Origin: Paludibacteraceae bacterium
Lineage (GTDB): Bacteria > Bacteroidota > Bacteroidia > Bacteroidales > Paludibacteraceae
Length of the DNA stretch: 50,269 bases
Assembly (NCBI GenBank): GCA_017986765.1
Contig: JAGNUZ010000001.1
Location: forward strand, 1 to 50,269
Direction: 5' to 3'
A model generated the notes under the pieces. It had not been told where the DNA came from. It saw only the letters and a program-made list of their open reading frames with translations, and did not search any database. Below, piece after piece: positions 17,430 to 25,751 of this stretch (positions within the stretch are counted from its first letter, which is position 1; every line of letters begins with the position of its first letter). A program made the position numbers and the translations under genes.

Positions 17430-18944
17430 ATGAAACAAGTTAGAGTTCGCTTTGCCCCTTCCCCTACTGGTCCTTTGCATATAGGCGGAGTAAGAACAGC
17501 CCTTTACAATTATTTGTTTGCAAAAAAACACAACGGAACGTTTATTTTACGCATCGAAGACACTGACAGCAACCGCTTTGTGCCTGGAGCAGAGGCATAT
17601 ATCGTGGATGCATTTAAGTGGCTTGGACTTCCTTTTGACGAAGGTGTATCCTTTGGTGGCAATTATGGTCCTTATCGCCAAAGCGAACGAAAAGATATTT
17701 ACAAAAAATATGTGCAAGAGCTACTCGAAAAAGAGTTGGCTTACATTGCATTCGATACGCCAGAAGCCTTAGATGCAAAACGTGCTGAAACAGCTAATTT
17801 CCAATACGATGCAAGCACACGCTTGGATATGTGGAATTCGTTAACATTACCCGAAGACGAAGTGAAAGAGCGTATTGCTCAAGGCGAGAACTACGTGGTA
17901 CGTATTAAAATTGAGCCGAATGAGGATATTATTGTACACGATATTATTCGTGGTGAGGTGCGTATCAACTCTTCTGTTTTAGACGATAAAGTGCTGTACA
18001 AATCAGCCGATGAATTACCTACTTACCATTTAGCCAATATTGTGGACGACCATTTAATGGAAATTTCGCACGTTATTCGAGGAGAAGAATGGTTGCCTTC
18101 TGCACCTCTTCACGTATTGTTATACCGTTGTTTTGGCTGGGAAAACTCGATGCCTCAATTTGCTCATTTACCACTTTTATTAAAACCTGATGGAAACGGA
18201 AAACTAAGCAAACGTGATGGCGATAGATTGGGATTTCCTGTATTTCCATTGCAATGGACAGACCCAAAAACGGGCGACATTTCGTCGGGATACCGCGAAA
18301 ATGGGTATTTCCCTGAAGCATTGGTGAACTTTTTATCCCTACTAGGATGGAATGATGGCTCAGAAAAAGAATTATTTTCATTAACGGAATTAGTTGAATC
18401 ATTCTCATTGGAACGAGTAAGCAAAAGCGGCGCAAAATTCGATTACGAAAAAGGGAAATGGTTTAATCACCACTACCTCATCGAAAAATCAAACGCAGAA
18501 CTTGCTTCCTTATTTATGCCAACACTAACTGAACGTGGCATTGAGATAGAAGAAAGCAAACTATCTAAAATTGTTGGATTAATAAAAGAACGGGCTCATT
18601 TTATTGCCGATTTTTGGGATCAATCAGCCTTCTTTTTTATTGCTCCTCCTGCATACGATGAAAAAGCCGTGCAAAAACGTTGGAAAGAAAACACCTCAGG
18701 TATGCTGTCTGAACTGATAGAAGTACTACAAGCTATGGATAATCTGGACGATAGTGCACACTGCGAAGAAACCGTAAAAGCATGGGTTGAATCGAAAAGT
18801 TACGGATTGGGAAATGTGATGAATCCATTGCGTTTGGCATTAGTAGGAGAATTAAAAGGACCTCATCTATTTGACATTACCGCTATTATTGGCAAAGAAG
18901 AAACAATAAAACGAGTACAAACCGCTATTGATAAAATTGGCTAA
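17430..18944 (+). CDS. gltX: Glutamate--tRNA ligase
   Basis: [21 protein letters not shown] (HIGH motif) and KLSKR (KMSKS-type motif). 504 aa. Confidence 0.92.
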   Translation: MKQVRVRFAPSPTGPLHIGGVRTALYNYLFAKKHNGTFILRIEDTDSNRFVPGAEAYIVDAFKWLGLPFDEGVSFGGNYGPYRQSERKDIYKKYVQELLEKELAYIAFDTPEALDAKRAETANFQYDASTRLDMWNSLTLPEDEVKERIAQGENYVVRIKIEPNEDIIVHDIIRGEVRINSSVLDDKVLYKSADELPTYHLANIVDDHLMEISHVIRGEEWLPSAPLHVLLYRCFGWENSMPQFAHLPLLLKPDGNGKLSKRDGDRLGFPVFPLQWTDPKTGDISSGYRENGYFPEALVNFLSLLGWNDGSEKELFSLTELVESFSLERVSKSGAKFDYEKGKWFNHHYLIEKSNAELASLFMPTLTERGIEIEESKLSKIVGLIKERAHFIADFWDQSAFFFIAPPAYDEKAVQKRWKENTSGMLSELIEVLQAMDNLDDSAHCEETVKAWVESKSYGLGNVMNPLRLALVGELKGPHLFDITAIIGKEETIKRVQTAIDKIG

Positions 18945-20173
18945 TGGGACATATCTATTCTATCTTTATTCATCTATATGGTTGGCTCATTTATATAGCG
19001 AGTTTCTTTTCGTCAAAGGCAAAACTATTGTACCAAGGACAAAAAAACACCCTTTGGCTCACAGAAAATAGCATCGAAAAGAACCAACGATACATTTGGG
19101 TGCATGCCTCCTCTTTGGGCGAATTTGAACAAGGCAGACCCATTATAGAAGCGATTAAACAGCATTACCCTGCTTATAAAATTGTACTGAGTTTCTTTTC
19201 GCCTTCAGGCTACGAAATACGCAAAGATTATGCATTAGCCGATTATGTGTGTTATTTAGCTCTGGATACGAAGAAAAACGCAGTTAAATTTATCGAACTT
19301 GTTCAACCCGTAAAAGCCATTTTTATCAAATACGAATTTTGGCCTAATTACCTACAAGTGCTTCATGCCAAAAAGATAGAAACATATATTGTGTCAGCTA
19401 TTTTTCGCAAAGAACAAGTATTTTTTGCTTGGTACGGTGGCTGGTATAAAAAACTGCTGTACAACTTTTCGCATATTTTTGTGCAAGACCAAGCTTCGTA
19501 CGATTTGCTGACAAAACACAACATTGTAGCCAAAAGTATTGCTGGAGACACAAGGTTCGACCGAGTAGCTAGCATCGCATCAGAGCCTCAACATTTACCC
19601 ATTTTAGAAGCATTTAAACAGGATAAAAAACTGATTATTTTGGGTAGCTCGTGGGAACCTGATGAACACTTATTGCTCGAGTATCTCGAAACACAGGACT
19701 GCAAATTCGCCATTGCTCCGCACCATATAGAACCTGAACGCATTCAGTCATTATTAAAAAAAATAGGCAAACAAACGGTTTTGTATTCACAAACAACACC
19801 CGACGATGTAAAATATGCCGACTGCTTAATTATCAACACAATAGGCATTCTATCTTCGGTATATCGCTATGCTGATATTGCCTATATTGGAGGTGGTTTT
19901 GGTGTAGGTATTCACAATATTTTAGAAGCTGCCGTATATGGCATTCCCGTAGTTTTTGGACCCAACTACCATAAATTTAAAGAGGCGATAGATTTAGTTG
20001 CAGAGGGTGGTGCATTTACCGTAAAGGAATACAGCGAAGTGGAAATCCTTTTTAATAAATTGTTATCTGACAAAGAATATTACACCGCAACTGCGACCAA
20101 ATCTGCAAAATTCGTACAAGAACGAGTAGGTGCAACTCCGCTCATTATGGAACAAATTTTCGAGCGAATATGA
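18944..20173 (+). CDS. waaA: 3-deoxy-D-manno-octulosonic acid (Kdo) transferase
   Basis: N-terminal membrane anchor, then IWVHASSLGEFEQGRPIIEAIK, the hallmark of WaaA/KdtA. TAATG overlap with the gltX stop. Confidence 0.85.
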   Translation: MGHIYSIFIHLYGWLIYIASFFSSKAKLLYQGQKNTLWLTENSIEKNQRYIWVHASSLGEFEQGRPIIEAIKQHYPAYKIVLSFFSPSGYEIRKDYALADYVCYLALDTKKNAVKFIELVQPVKAIFIKYEFWPNYLQVLHAKKIETYIVSAIFRKEQVFFAWYGGWYKKLLYNFSHIFVQDQASYDLLTKHNIVAKSIAGDTRFDRVASIASEPQHLPILEAFKQDKKLIILGSSWEPDEHLLLEYLETQDCKFAIAPHHIEPERIQSLLKKIGKQTVLYSQTTPDDVKYADCLIINTIGILSSVYRYADIAYIGGGFGVGIHNILEAAVYGIPVVFGPNYHKFKEAIDLVAEGGAFTVKEYSEVEILFNKLLSDKEYYTATATKSAKFVQERVGATPLIMEQIFERI

Positions 20174-21681
20174 AGTATAAGCACCTCGTTCTTTGCCTAC
20201 TTTTTTGTTCGCTACACCTCGTGTTGCATGCAACCGTAGCCCCCAAAAGGGAATTTAGAGGCGTATGGATGCACACCGTTTTCAACGATGAATATCCACG
20301 CATGAACAATGAGCAAATGAAGCGTTTTTTAGTGCAACGTTTGGATAAATATCAAGCTGTTGGCATCAACGTGTTAATTTATCAAGTTCGCCCAGAGGCC
20401 GATGCTTTCTACAAATCAGCATACGAGCCTTGGAGTCGCTACCTTACGGGAAAACAAGGAAGAGCTCCACTCAACGATTTTGACCCCATGGCTTTTCTTA
20501 TCGAAGAGTGCCACAGCAGAGGCATGGAATTTCACGCATGGTTAAACCCATACAGAGCCAACGCCAACCGCAAAGGAGAATTACACCCTGAACATCTTTA
20601 TTGGAAACGCAAAGACTTATTTGTGTTTTATGGCAATCAGTTATTCTTCAATCCTGGTATTCCTGAAAATAGAGTCCATATAAACAATGTAGTAAAAGAC
20701 ATCGTCTCTCGCTACGATGTAGATGCCATTCACATGGACGATTATTTCTATCCCTATCCAATAAAAGGAAGCGAATTTCCCGACCAAAAAGAGTTCGTAA
20801 AATATGGTATGCAAACGGGCGAATTTAAGCTGTACCAAAAAGACGATTGGCGTCGAAACAACGTAAATTTACTTATCAAAGAACTCAATACCACCATCAA
20901 AAAGGAAAAGCCTTGGGTAAAATTTGGCATAAGCCCCTTTGGTATATACCGCAATAAGCGCAGCTGTTCGGAAGGAAGCAACACCAAAGGATTGGCTAAT
21001 TACGACGATTTATACGCCGATGTACTTTTGTGGGTAAGAAACGGCTGGATAGATTACAATATTCCTCAATTGTATTGGGAAGTAGGACATAAACTGGCTG
21101 ATTATGAAATCCTTATTGACTGGTGGGGCAAAAATAGCCACGGGGCTCATTTATACATTGGTCAAGATGTAGATAGAACAATTAATGCACACGATTTATT
21201 GGATAAAAAGAAAAATCAATTATCAAAAAAGATGGAATTAGTACGTTCCAATCCAGTCATTGAGGGCAACTGTTTTTGGAGTGCCGACATGTTGGTAAAG
21301 AGCAATGCTTTAAACGATAGTTTGAAAAACAATTACCACCGATACCCCGCCTTGATTCCTGTGTTCAAAAACCTAGACAGCATACCTCCTGCTCCTGTAT
21401 CAGATATACGCTTTGCAATGATGGGCAAAGAACCCAAAATTACGTGGAGCGTAAAAAAAACAAATAAAGAGCTTGATAAAGCTGTGATGTTTGCCATATA
21501 TGCATTTGAAAAAACAGAAAAGATAGACATATCAAATCCTGCAAAACTGCTGTCTGTGGTAAACAAAACAGAATTTGTATTACCTAGAAATGCGAAAGCC
21601 TTATGCTTAACGTATATCATTACGGCATTGGATAGGCTTAAAAATGAGAGTGTTCCGAGCGAACCATTGTTTTACAAATAA
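20170..21681 (+). CDS. Glycosyl-hydrolase-like family 10 (GHL10/DUF187, YngK-like) secreted protein
   Basis: Signal peptide followed by EFRGVWMHTV... and a TIM-barrel-like pattern (HAWLNPYR, DAIHMDDYFYP) typical of GHL10. ATGA overlap with the waaA stop. Confidence 0.6.
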   Translation: MKYKHLVLCLLFCSLHLVLHATVAPKREFRGVWMHTVFNDEYPRMNNEQMKRFLVQRLDKYQAVGINVLIYQVRPEADAFYKSAYEPWSRYLTGKQGRAPLNDFDPMAFLIEECHSRGMEFHAWLNPYRANANRKGELHPEHLYWKRKDLFVFYGNQLFFNPGIPENRVHINNVVKDIVSRYDVDAIHMDDYFYPYPIKGSEFPDQKEFVKYGMQTGEFKLYQKDDWRRNNVNLLIKELNTTIKKEKPWVKFGISPFGIYRNKRSCSEGSNTKGLANYDDLYADVLLWVRNGWIDYNIPQLYWEVGHKLADYEILIDWWGKNSHGAHLYIGQDVDRTINAHDLLDKKKNQLSKKMELVRSNPVIEGNCFWSADMLVKSNALNDSLKNNYHRYPALIPVFKNLDSIPPAPVSDIRFAMMGKEPKITWSVKKTNKELDKAVMFAIYAFEKTEKIDISNPAKLLSVVNKTEFVLPRNAKALCLTYIITALDRLKNESVPSEPLFYK

Positions 21682-21714
21682 ATAAGTAAACACAAATTCT
21701 ATTACATATTTACT

Positions 21715-22407
21715 ATGAAACAAATACAATTTACCCCCCATACAAAGTTGGCAAATTTAATTTTGCACAATTTTAAACTTTTGCCCGTCATTACTCGATT
21801 TGGCATTCCACTCGGTTTTGGTGAAAAAACAGTGGCAGAAGTCTGCAAGCAATACGCCATACCCACAGACTTTTTCATCTTGGTGTGCAACATCTACACA
21901 CACGATGAATATGCACCAAGCCCTGCTGAAATTAGAAAAGTAGATATCCACTCCTTGCTTGCATATCTTTCCAGTTCTCATCAATATTATTTGAGTGAGC
22001 GTATTGTGGAAATTGAAGCCTCCATACAGGAAATGAGCAAAACGTGCACTAACAAGTATTTTAGCACTATCGAAACGTTTTACGATGGGTATAAAAAAGA
22101 AATAGTCAAACACCTCGAATTTGAAGAAACAAGCGTATTTCCATACATACAAGGGCTCCTTTCGGGAGAAAAAAATGATGGATTTGGCATACAGCAGTTT
22201 GAAAATAACCATACCAACATTGAGGAAAAACTAGGGGACTTAAAAAATATCATCATCAAATATGTTCCCATTGATTGTGCCTCTAAGGAGCGAAACAAGC
22301 TATTGTACGACATCTTTTTGTTTGAAGAAGATTTGAATCGTCACACACTGATAGAAGACAAAATTCTTATTCCCTATGTAGAAATCATAGAGAAAACACA
22401 AAAATAG
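21715..22407 (+). CDS. Hemerythrin-like (HHE cation-binding) domain protein with ScdA/YtfE-like architecture
   Basis: Four spaced His/Glu helix motifs (SSSHQYYLSE, VKHLEFEE, NNHTNIEE, LNRHTLIED), as in di-iron four-helix-bundle hemerythrin domains. The N-terminal domain of about 70 aa lacks the Cys pair. Confidence 0.55.
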   Translation: MKQIQFTPHTKLANLILHNFKLLPVITRFGIPLGFGEKTVAEVCKQYAIPTDFFILVCNIYTHDEYAPSPAEIRKVDIHSLLAYLSSSHQYYLSERIVEIEASIQEMSKTCTNKYFSTIETFYDGYKKEIVKHLEFEETSVFPYIQGLLSGEKNDGFGIQQFENNHTNIEEKLGDLKNIIIKYVPIDCASKERNKLLYDIFLFEEDLNRHTLIEDKILIPYVEIIEKTQK

Positions 22408-22438
22408 TGAGCCAACAACTACGCCAATCTCCAGTAAT

Positions 22439-23044
22439 ATGATAACACAGACCAACCAACGTATTGCCATTATCGAACCTTCTACTATTGTGTTTGCGGG
22501 CTTACAATCTATTATTGAAAAAATGCAGATTGCAGCAAGCATTCATCACCTTACCGACCTTGATGCTATTGTGCAAAAACAAAGCACTATTCACCCTGAC
22601 ATCATCATTGTAAATACGGCTGTATTTGGTTTTCACAAACATTTATCTATCAAATCTATTCTCAAAGAACTATCGGGTATTCCGATTATTGCCTTTGTGA
22701 GTCAATATACAGACAGTCAATTCAGTAAGCAATTCGACGAAATTATAGACATTTACGACAGCGCGCAAACTATTTCCGCCAAACTTCGTCAAGTTATCGA
22801 ATCCGAATCACCTGATTTGTCGGAATCTGAAACTGCTGACTTATCGGATAGAGAAAGAGAAATACTCATTGCAATTGTTAGAGGTCTGATTAACAAAGAA
22901 ATAGCCTCCACTTTAAACATCTCTATTCATACCGTCATGTCGCATCGAAAAAATATTACACGCAAAACGGGCATAAAATCCGTATCTGGACTTACTGTAT
23001 ATGCCCTATTCAACAACCTGATTAAGCAAGAAGAGGTGCAATAG
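22439..23044 (+). CDS. LuxR/GerE-type DNA-binding regulator with an aspartate-less (pseudo-)receiver domain
   Basis: C-terminal HTH LSDREREILIAIVRGLINKEIASTLNISIHTVMSHRKNITRK. The N-terminal receiver-like fold has IAIIEPS in place of the DD pocket and DIIIVNTAVFG (Asn in place of the phospho-acceptor Asp). Confidence 0.75.
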   Translation: MITQTNQRIAIIEPSTIVFAGLQSIIEKMQIAASIHHLTDLDAIVQKQSTIHPDIIIVNTAVFGFHKHLSIKSILKELSGIPIIAFVSQYTDSQFSKQFDEIIDIYDSAQTISAKLRQVIESESPDLSESETADLSDREREILIAIVRGLINKEIASTLNISIHTVMSHRKNITRKTGIKSVSGLTVYALFNNLIKQEEVQ

Positions 23045-23050
23045 CGTCAA

Positions 23051-23098
23051 TCACTAGTTATAGTGAGTCAATAGGCTATTTTTCACTACTTATAGTCA
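23051..23098. promoter_or_regulatory. Two 16-bp dyad-symmetric sites (candidate operator) upstream of feoAB
   Basis: TCACTAgttaTAGTGA (23051-23066) is a perfect 6-N4-6 palindrome. TCACTActtaTAGTCA (23083-23098) is a second copy, 14/16 identical. They are 32 bp apart start to start, and the second ends 23 bp before the -7 box. Confidence 0.5.
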
Positions 23099-23121
23099 TT
23101 GCAAAGCAAAAATAAAATACC

Positions 23122-23129
23122 TACCTTTG
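23122..23129 (+). promoter_or_regulatory. -7 promoter box (TACCTTTG) for feoAB
   Basis: TAnnTTTG match 20 nt upstream of ATG 23150. Confidence 0.45.
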
Positions 23130-23149
23130 CAAGCTAAAAACGACAATCA

Positions 23150-25621
23150 ATGCGTCTATCCGAACTTCAAACAAATGAAAAAGCCGTTATCGTAAAGGTA
23201 CTTGGGCACGGTAATTTCCGTAAACGCATTATCGAAATGGGCTTTATTAAGGGCAAAAAGGTAGAAGTTCTGCTAAATGCTCCACTCAAAGACCCTATCA
23301 AATACAAGGTAATGGATTATGAGGTTTCGCTACGACGCAACGAAGCGAACCTGATAGAAGTCATTACAGAGAAAGAAGCCCTCGAAACGACCTATGCTCC
23401 CAATTATTTTGGCACCGTAGATCCCCTCGAACTACACAAGATAGCGAACAAAAAAGGCAAAACCATCAACGTCGCATTAGTCGGCAATCCCAATGCTGGA
23501 AAAACATCCTTTTTCAATATTGCCTCAGGCGGACACGAACGCGTGGGGAATTACAGTGGCATTACAGTCGATGCCAAAGAGGGAAACTTCACCCTTGGCG
23601 AGTACAAATTTCGCATATTCGACTTACCTGGCACATATTCACTAGCAGCTTATTCGCCCGAAGAGCGTTATGTGCGTCAGCATATTTTTGAAGAAACGCC
23701 AGATGTAATTATCAATATTGTATCGGCATCTAGCCTTGAGCGTAATTTATACCTTACTACCCAACTTATCGACATGGATGTGCCTATGGTTATAGCACTC
23801 AATATGTACGATGAGTTAGAAAAACACAAGCATACCTTCAACTACCAAAAACTAGGCAAAATGATTGGTGTGCCTATTGTGCCAACGGTAGCTATCAAAG
23901 GATACGATGAAAGTGAAGAAAATGGCATCAGGCAGGTATTTAAAAAAGTCATTCAAGTATATGAGGGAAACGAACCTACCGTGCGTCATATCCACATCAA
24001 CCATGGTGGCGATTTGCAAGTAGCCATTGATACGCTGAACGAATTAATTCGAGATGACGAACAATTTAAGAGCCACATAGCAGCTCGTTTTTTTGCCGTC
24101 AAGCTGATCGAAAAAGATACTGAAGCGGAAGCATACATCAAAACCTTAACGAAGGAGAAAAAAATCTTCGAGTATGTACGCAAAATAATACCATTTATTG
24201 AAGAAGAACTCAAAGATGATACCGAATCTTCCATTATTAATGCTAAATACGGTTTTATTGCAGGAGCTTTGGCCGAAACATTTGTCGAAGGAAAACAAGA
24301 CCCTTTTCTCCTAACAAAAAAGCTAGACAAACTCGTAACGCACCGTGTTCTGGGATACCCCATTTTTTTGTTGTTTATGTGGGTTATGTTTCAAGCTACG
24401 TTCACCTTGGGGGCTTATCCGCAAGACTGGATTGACATGGGTATGGGTGAATTGGGAAACTGGATGTCAAACATCCTTCCGAATGGAGCGATTAAAGATT
24501 TATTGGTCGATGGCATTATTCGTGGCATTGGTTCGGTCATTATTTTCTTGCCGAACATTCTTATCTTGTATTTCTTTATTTCCCTGATGGAAGACTCTGG
24601 ATACCTATCGCGAGCTGCTTTTATTATGGATAAAATCATGCACAAAATGGGGCTTCACGGCAAATCGTTCGTCCCCTTGCTGATGGGATTTGGGTGCAAT
24701 GTACCCGCCATATTGGCCACACGTACTATCGAAAGCAAGAATAGCCGTATGATTACTATGTTGGCTACGCCCTTCATGTCGTGTAGTGCTCGCTTACCTG
24801 TATATGTGTTATTTGCAGGAGCTTTTTTCCCAAACAGTGCCTCTCTTGTAATGCTTAGCTTGTACCTTATTGGCATGCTTATGGCAATAATTTCTGCTCG
24901 TTTGTTCAAACGCTTTTTATTTGCAACCGAAGATGTTCCTTTTGTAATGGAACTCCCTCCATACCGTATGCCTACAGCCAAAGCCACCGTTCGCCACATG
25001 TGGGAAAAATCGCAACAATATTTGCAAAAAATGGGTACCGTTATTTTAGTGGCATCAATTATTATTTGGGCTTTGGGCTATTTTCCCCTTTCGGAAACAC
25101 GCACGCCAGAATTGGACAAGCAACTTGCACTATTAACTGAAAACGAACAAATCAACACATCTCCCGAACAGATAAAATCCTTGCAACTAGAACGCACCAT
25201 CGAACAGCAAAAATCCAGTTATATTGGCACGCTTGGTAATTTTATCCTGCCCGCTATTCAGCCTTTGGGATACTCGTGGGAAATGGGTATTGGATTAATT
25301 ACAGGACTGCCTGCAAAAGAATTAGTAGTAAGCACATTGGGTGTTCTTTATACCAATAAAGGAACAGACGAAACCTCTTCGGAATTATCCTATAAATTAA
25401 AATCAGTTACCAACATCAACGGCACTCCACAAATTACGCCCCTCATCGCATTCGGTTACATGATTTTTATTTTGCTCAGTTTTCCGTGCATTGCCACCAT
25501 CATTGCCATCAAAAACGAATCGGGCTCGTGGAAATGGGGATTATTCTCCATGGCATACAGTACAGGCTTAGCATGGATATGTGCTTTTCTCATTTTTCAA
25601 ATAGGGAGTTTCTTTGTCTAA
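23150..25621 (+). CDS. feoB: Ferrous iron transporter, fused FeoA-FeoB
   Basis: The N-terminal ~75 aa form a FeoA SH3-like domain (LSELQTNEKAVIVKV...GFIKGKKVEVL). This is followed by the FeoB G-domain (VALVGNPNAGKTSFFN, DLPGTYSL, NMYD) and the polytopic membrane domain. Confidence 0.9.
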   Translation: MRLSELQTNEKAVIVKVLGHGNFRKRIIEMGFIKGKKVEVLLNAPLKDPIKYKVMDYEVSLRRNEANLIEVITEKEALETTYAPNYFGTVDPLELHKIANKKGKTINVALVGNPNAGKTSFFNIASGGHERVGNYSGITVDAKEGNFTLGEYKFRIFDLPGTYSLAAYSPEERYVRQHIFEETPDVIINIVSASSLERNLYLTTQLIDMDVPMVIALNMYDELEKHKHTFNYQKLGKMIGVPIVPTVAIKGYDESEENGIRQVFKKVIQVYEGNEPTVRHIHINHGGDLQVAIDTLNELIRDDEQFKSHIAARFFAVKLIEKDTEAEAYIKTLTKEKKIFEYVRKIIPFIEEELKDDTESSIINAKYGFIAGALAETFVEGKQDPFLLTKKLDKLVTHRVLGYPIFLLFMWVMFQATFTLGAYPQDWIDMGMGELGNWMSNILPNGAIKDLLVDGIIRGIGSVIIFLPNILILYFFISLMEDSGYLSRAAFIMDKIMHKMGLHGKSFVPLLMGFGCNVPAILATRTIESKNSRMITMLATPFMSCSARLPVYVLFAGAFFPNSASLVMLSLYLIGMLMAIISARLFKRFLFATEDVPFVMELPPYRMPTAKATVRHMWEKSQQYLQKMGTVILVASIIIWALGYFPLSETRTPELDKQLALLTENEQINTSPEQIKSLQLERTIEQQKSSYIGTLGNFILPAIQPLGYSWEMGIGLITGLPAKELVVSTLGVLYTNKGTDETSSELSYKLKSVTNINGTPQITPLIAFGYMIFILLSFPCIATIIAIKNESGSWKWGLFSMAYSTGLAWICAFLIFQIGSFFV

Positions 25622-25666
25622 TTGTATTTTTATGAAAATTAAAAAAGCTTTTTTATAAAAAAAACA

Positions 25667-25674
25667 TATCTTTG
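25667..25674 (+). promoter_or_regulatory. -7 promoter box (TATCTTTG) for the esterase gene
   Basis: TAnnTTTG match 77 nt upstream of ATG 25752. Confidence 0.35.
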
Positions 25675-25751
25675 TAAATAGAACACATCCAAAATGAAGC
25701 ATCTATCTAATTTTTAAACAAAGAGAATACCCTCTACAAAACAGCGAACGT

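Noticed and set aside
25641-25654. Perfect palindrome AAAAAAGCTTTTTT after feoB, considered as a terminator.
   Set aside because: The stem would be almost pure A-U with the only G-C pair at the loop, so it is thermodynamically negligible. This is probably chance in AT-rich spacer DNA.
25694-25717. Seven-codon uORF (MKHLSNF) in the esterase leader, and an 8-codon ORF at 25632-25658.
   Set aside because: They are too short, have no distinctive sequence and cannot be checked for conservation here. Such ORFs are expected by chance.
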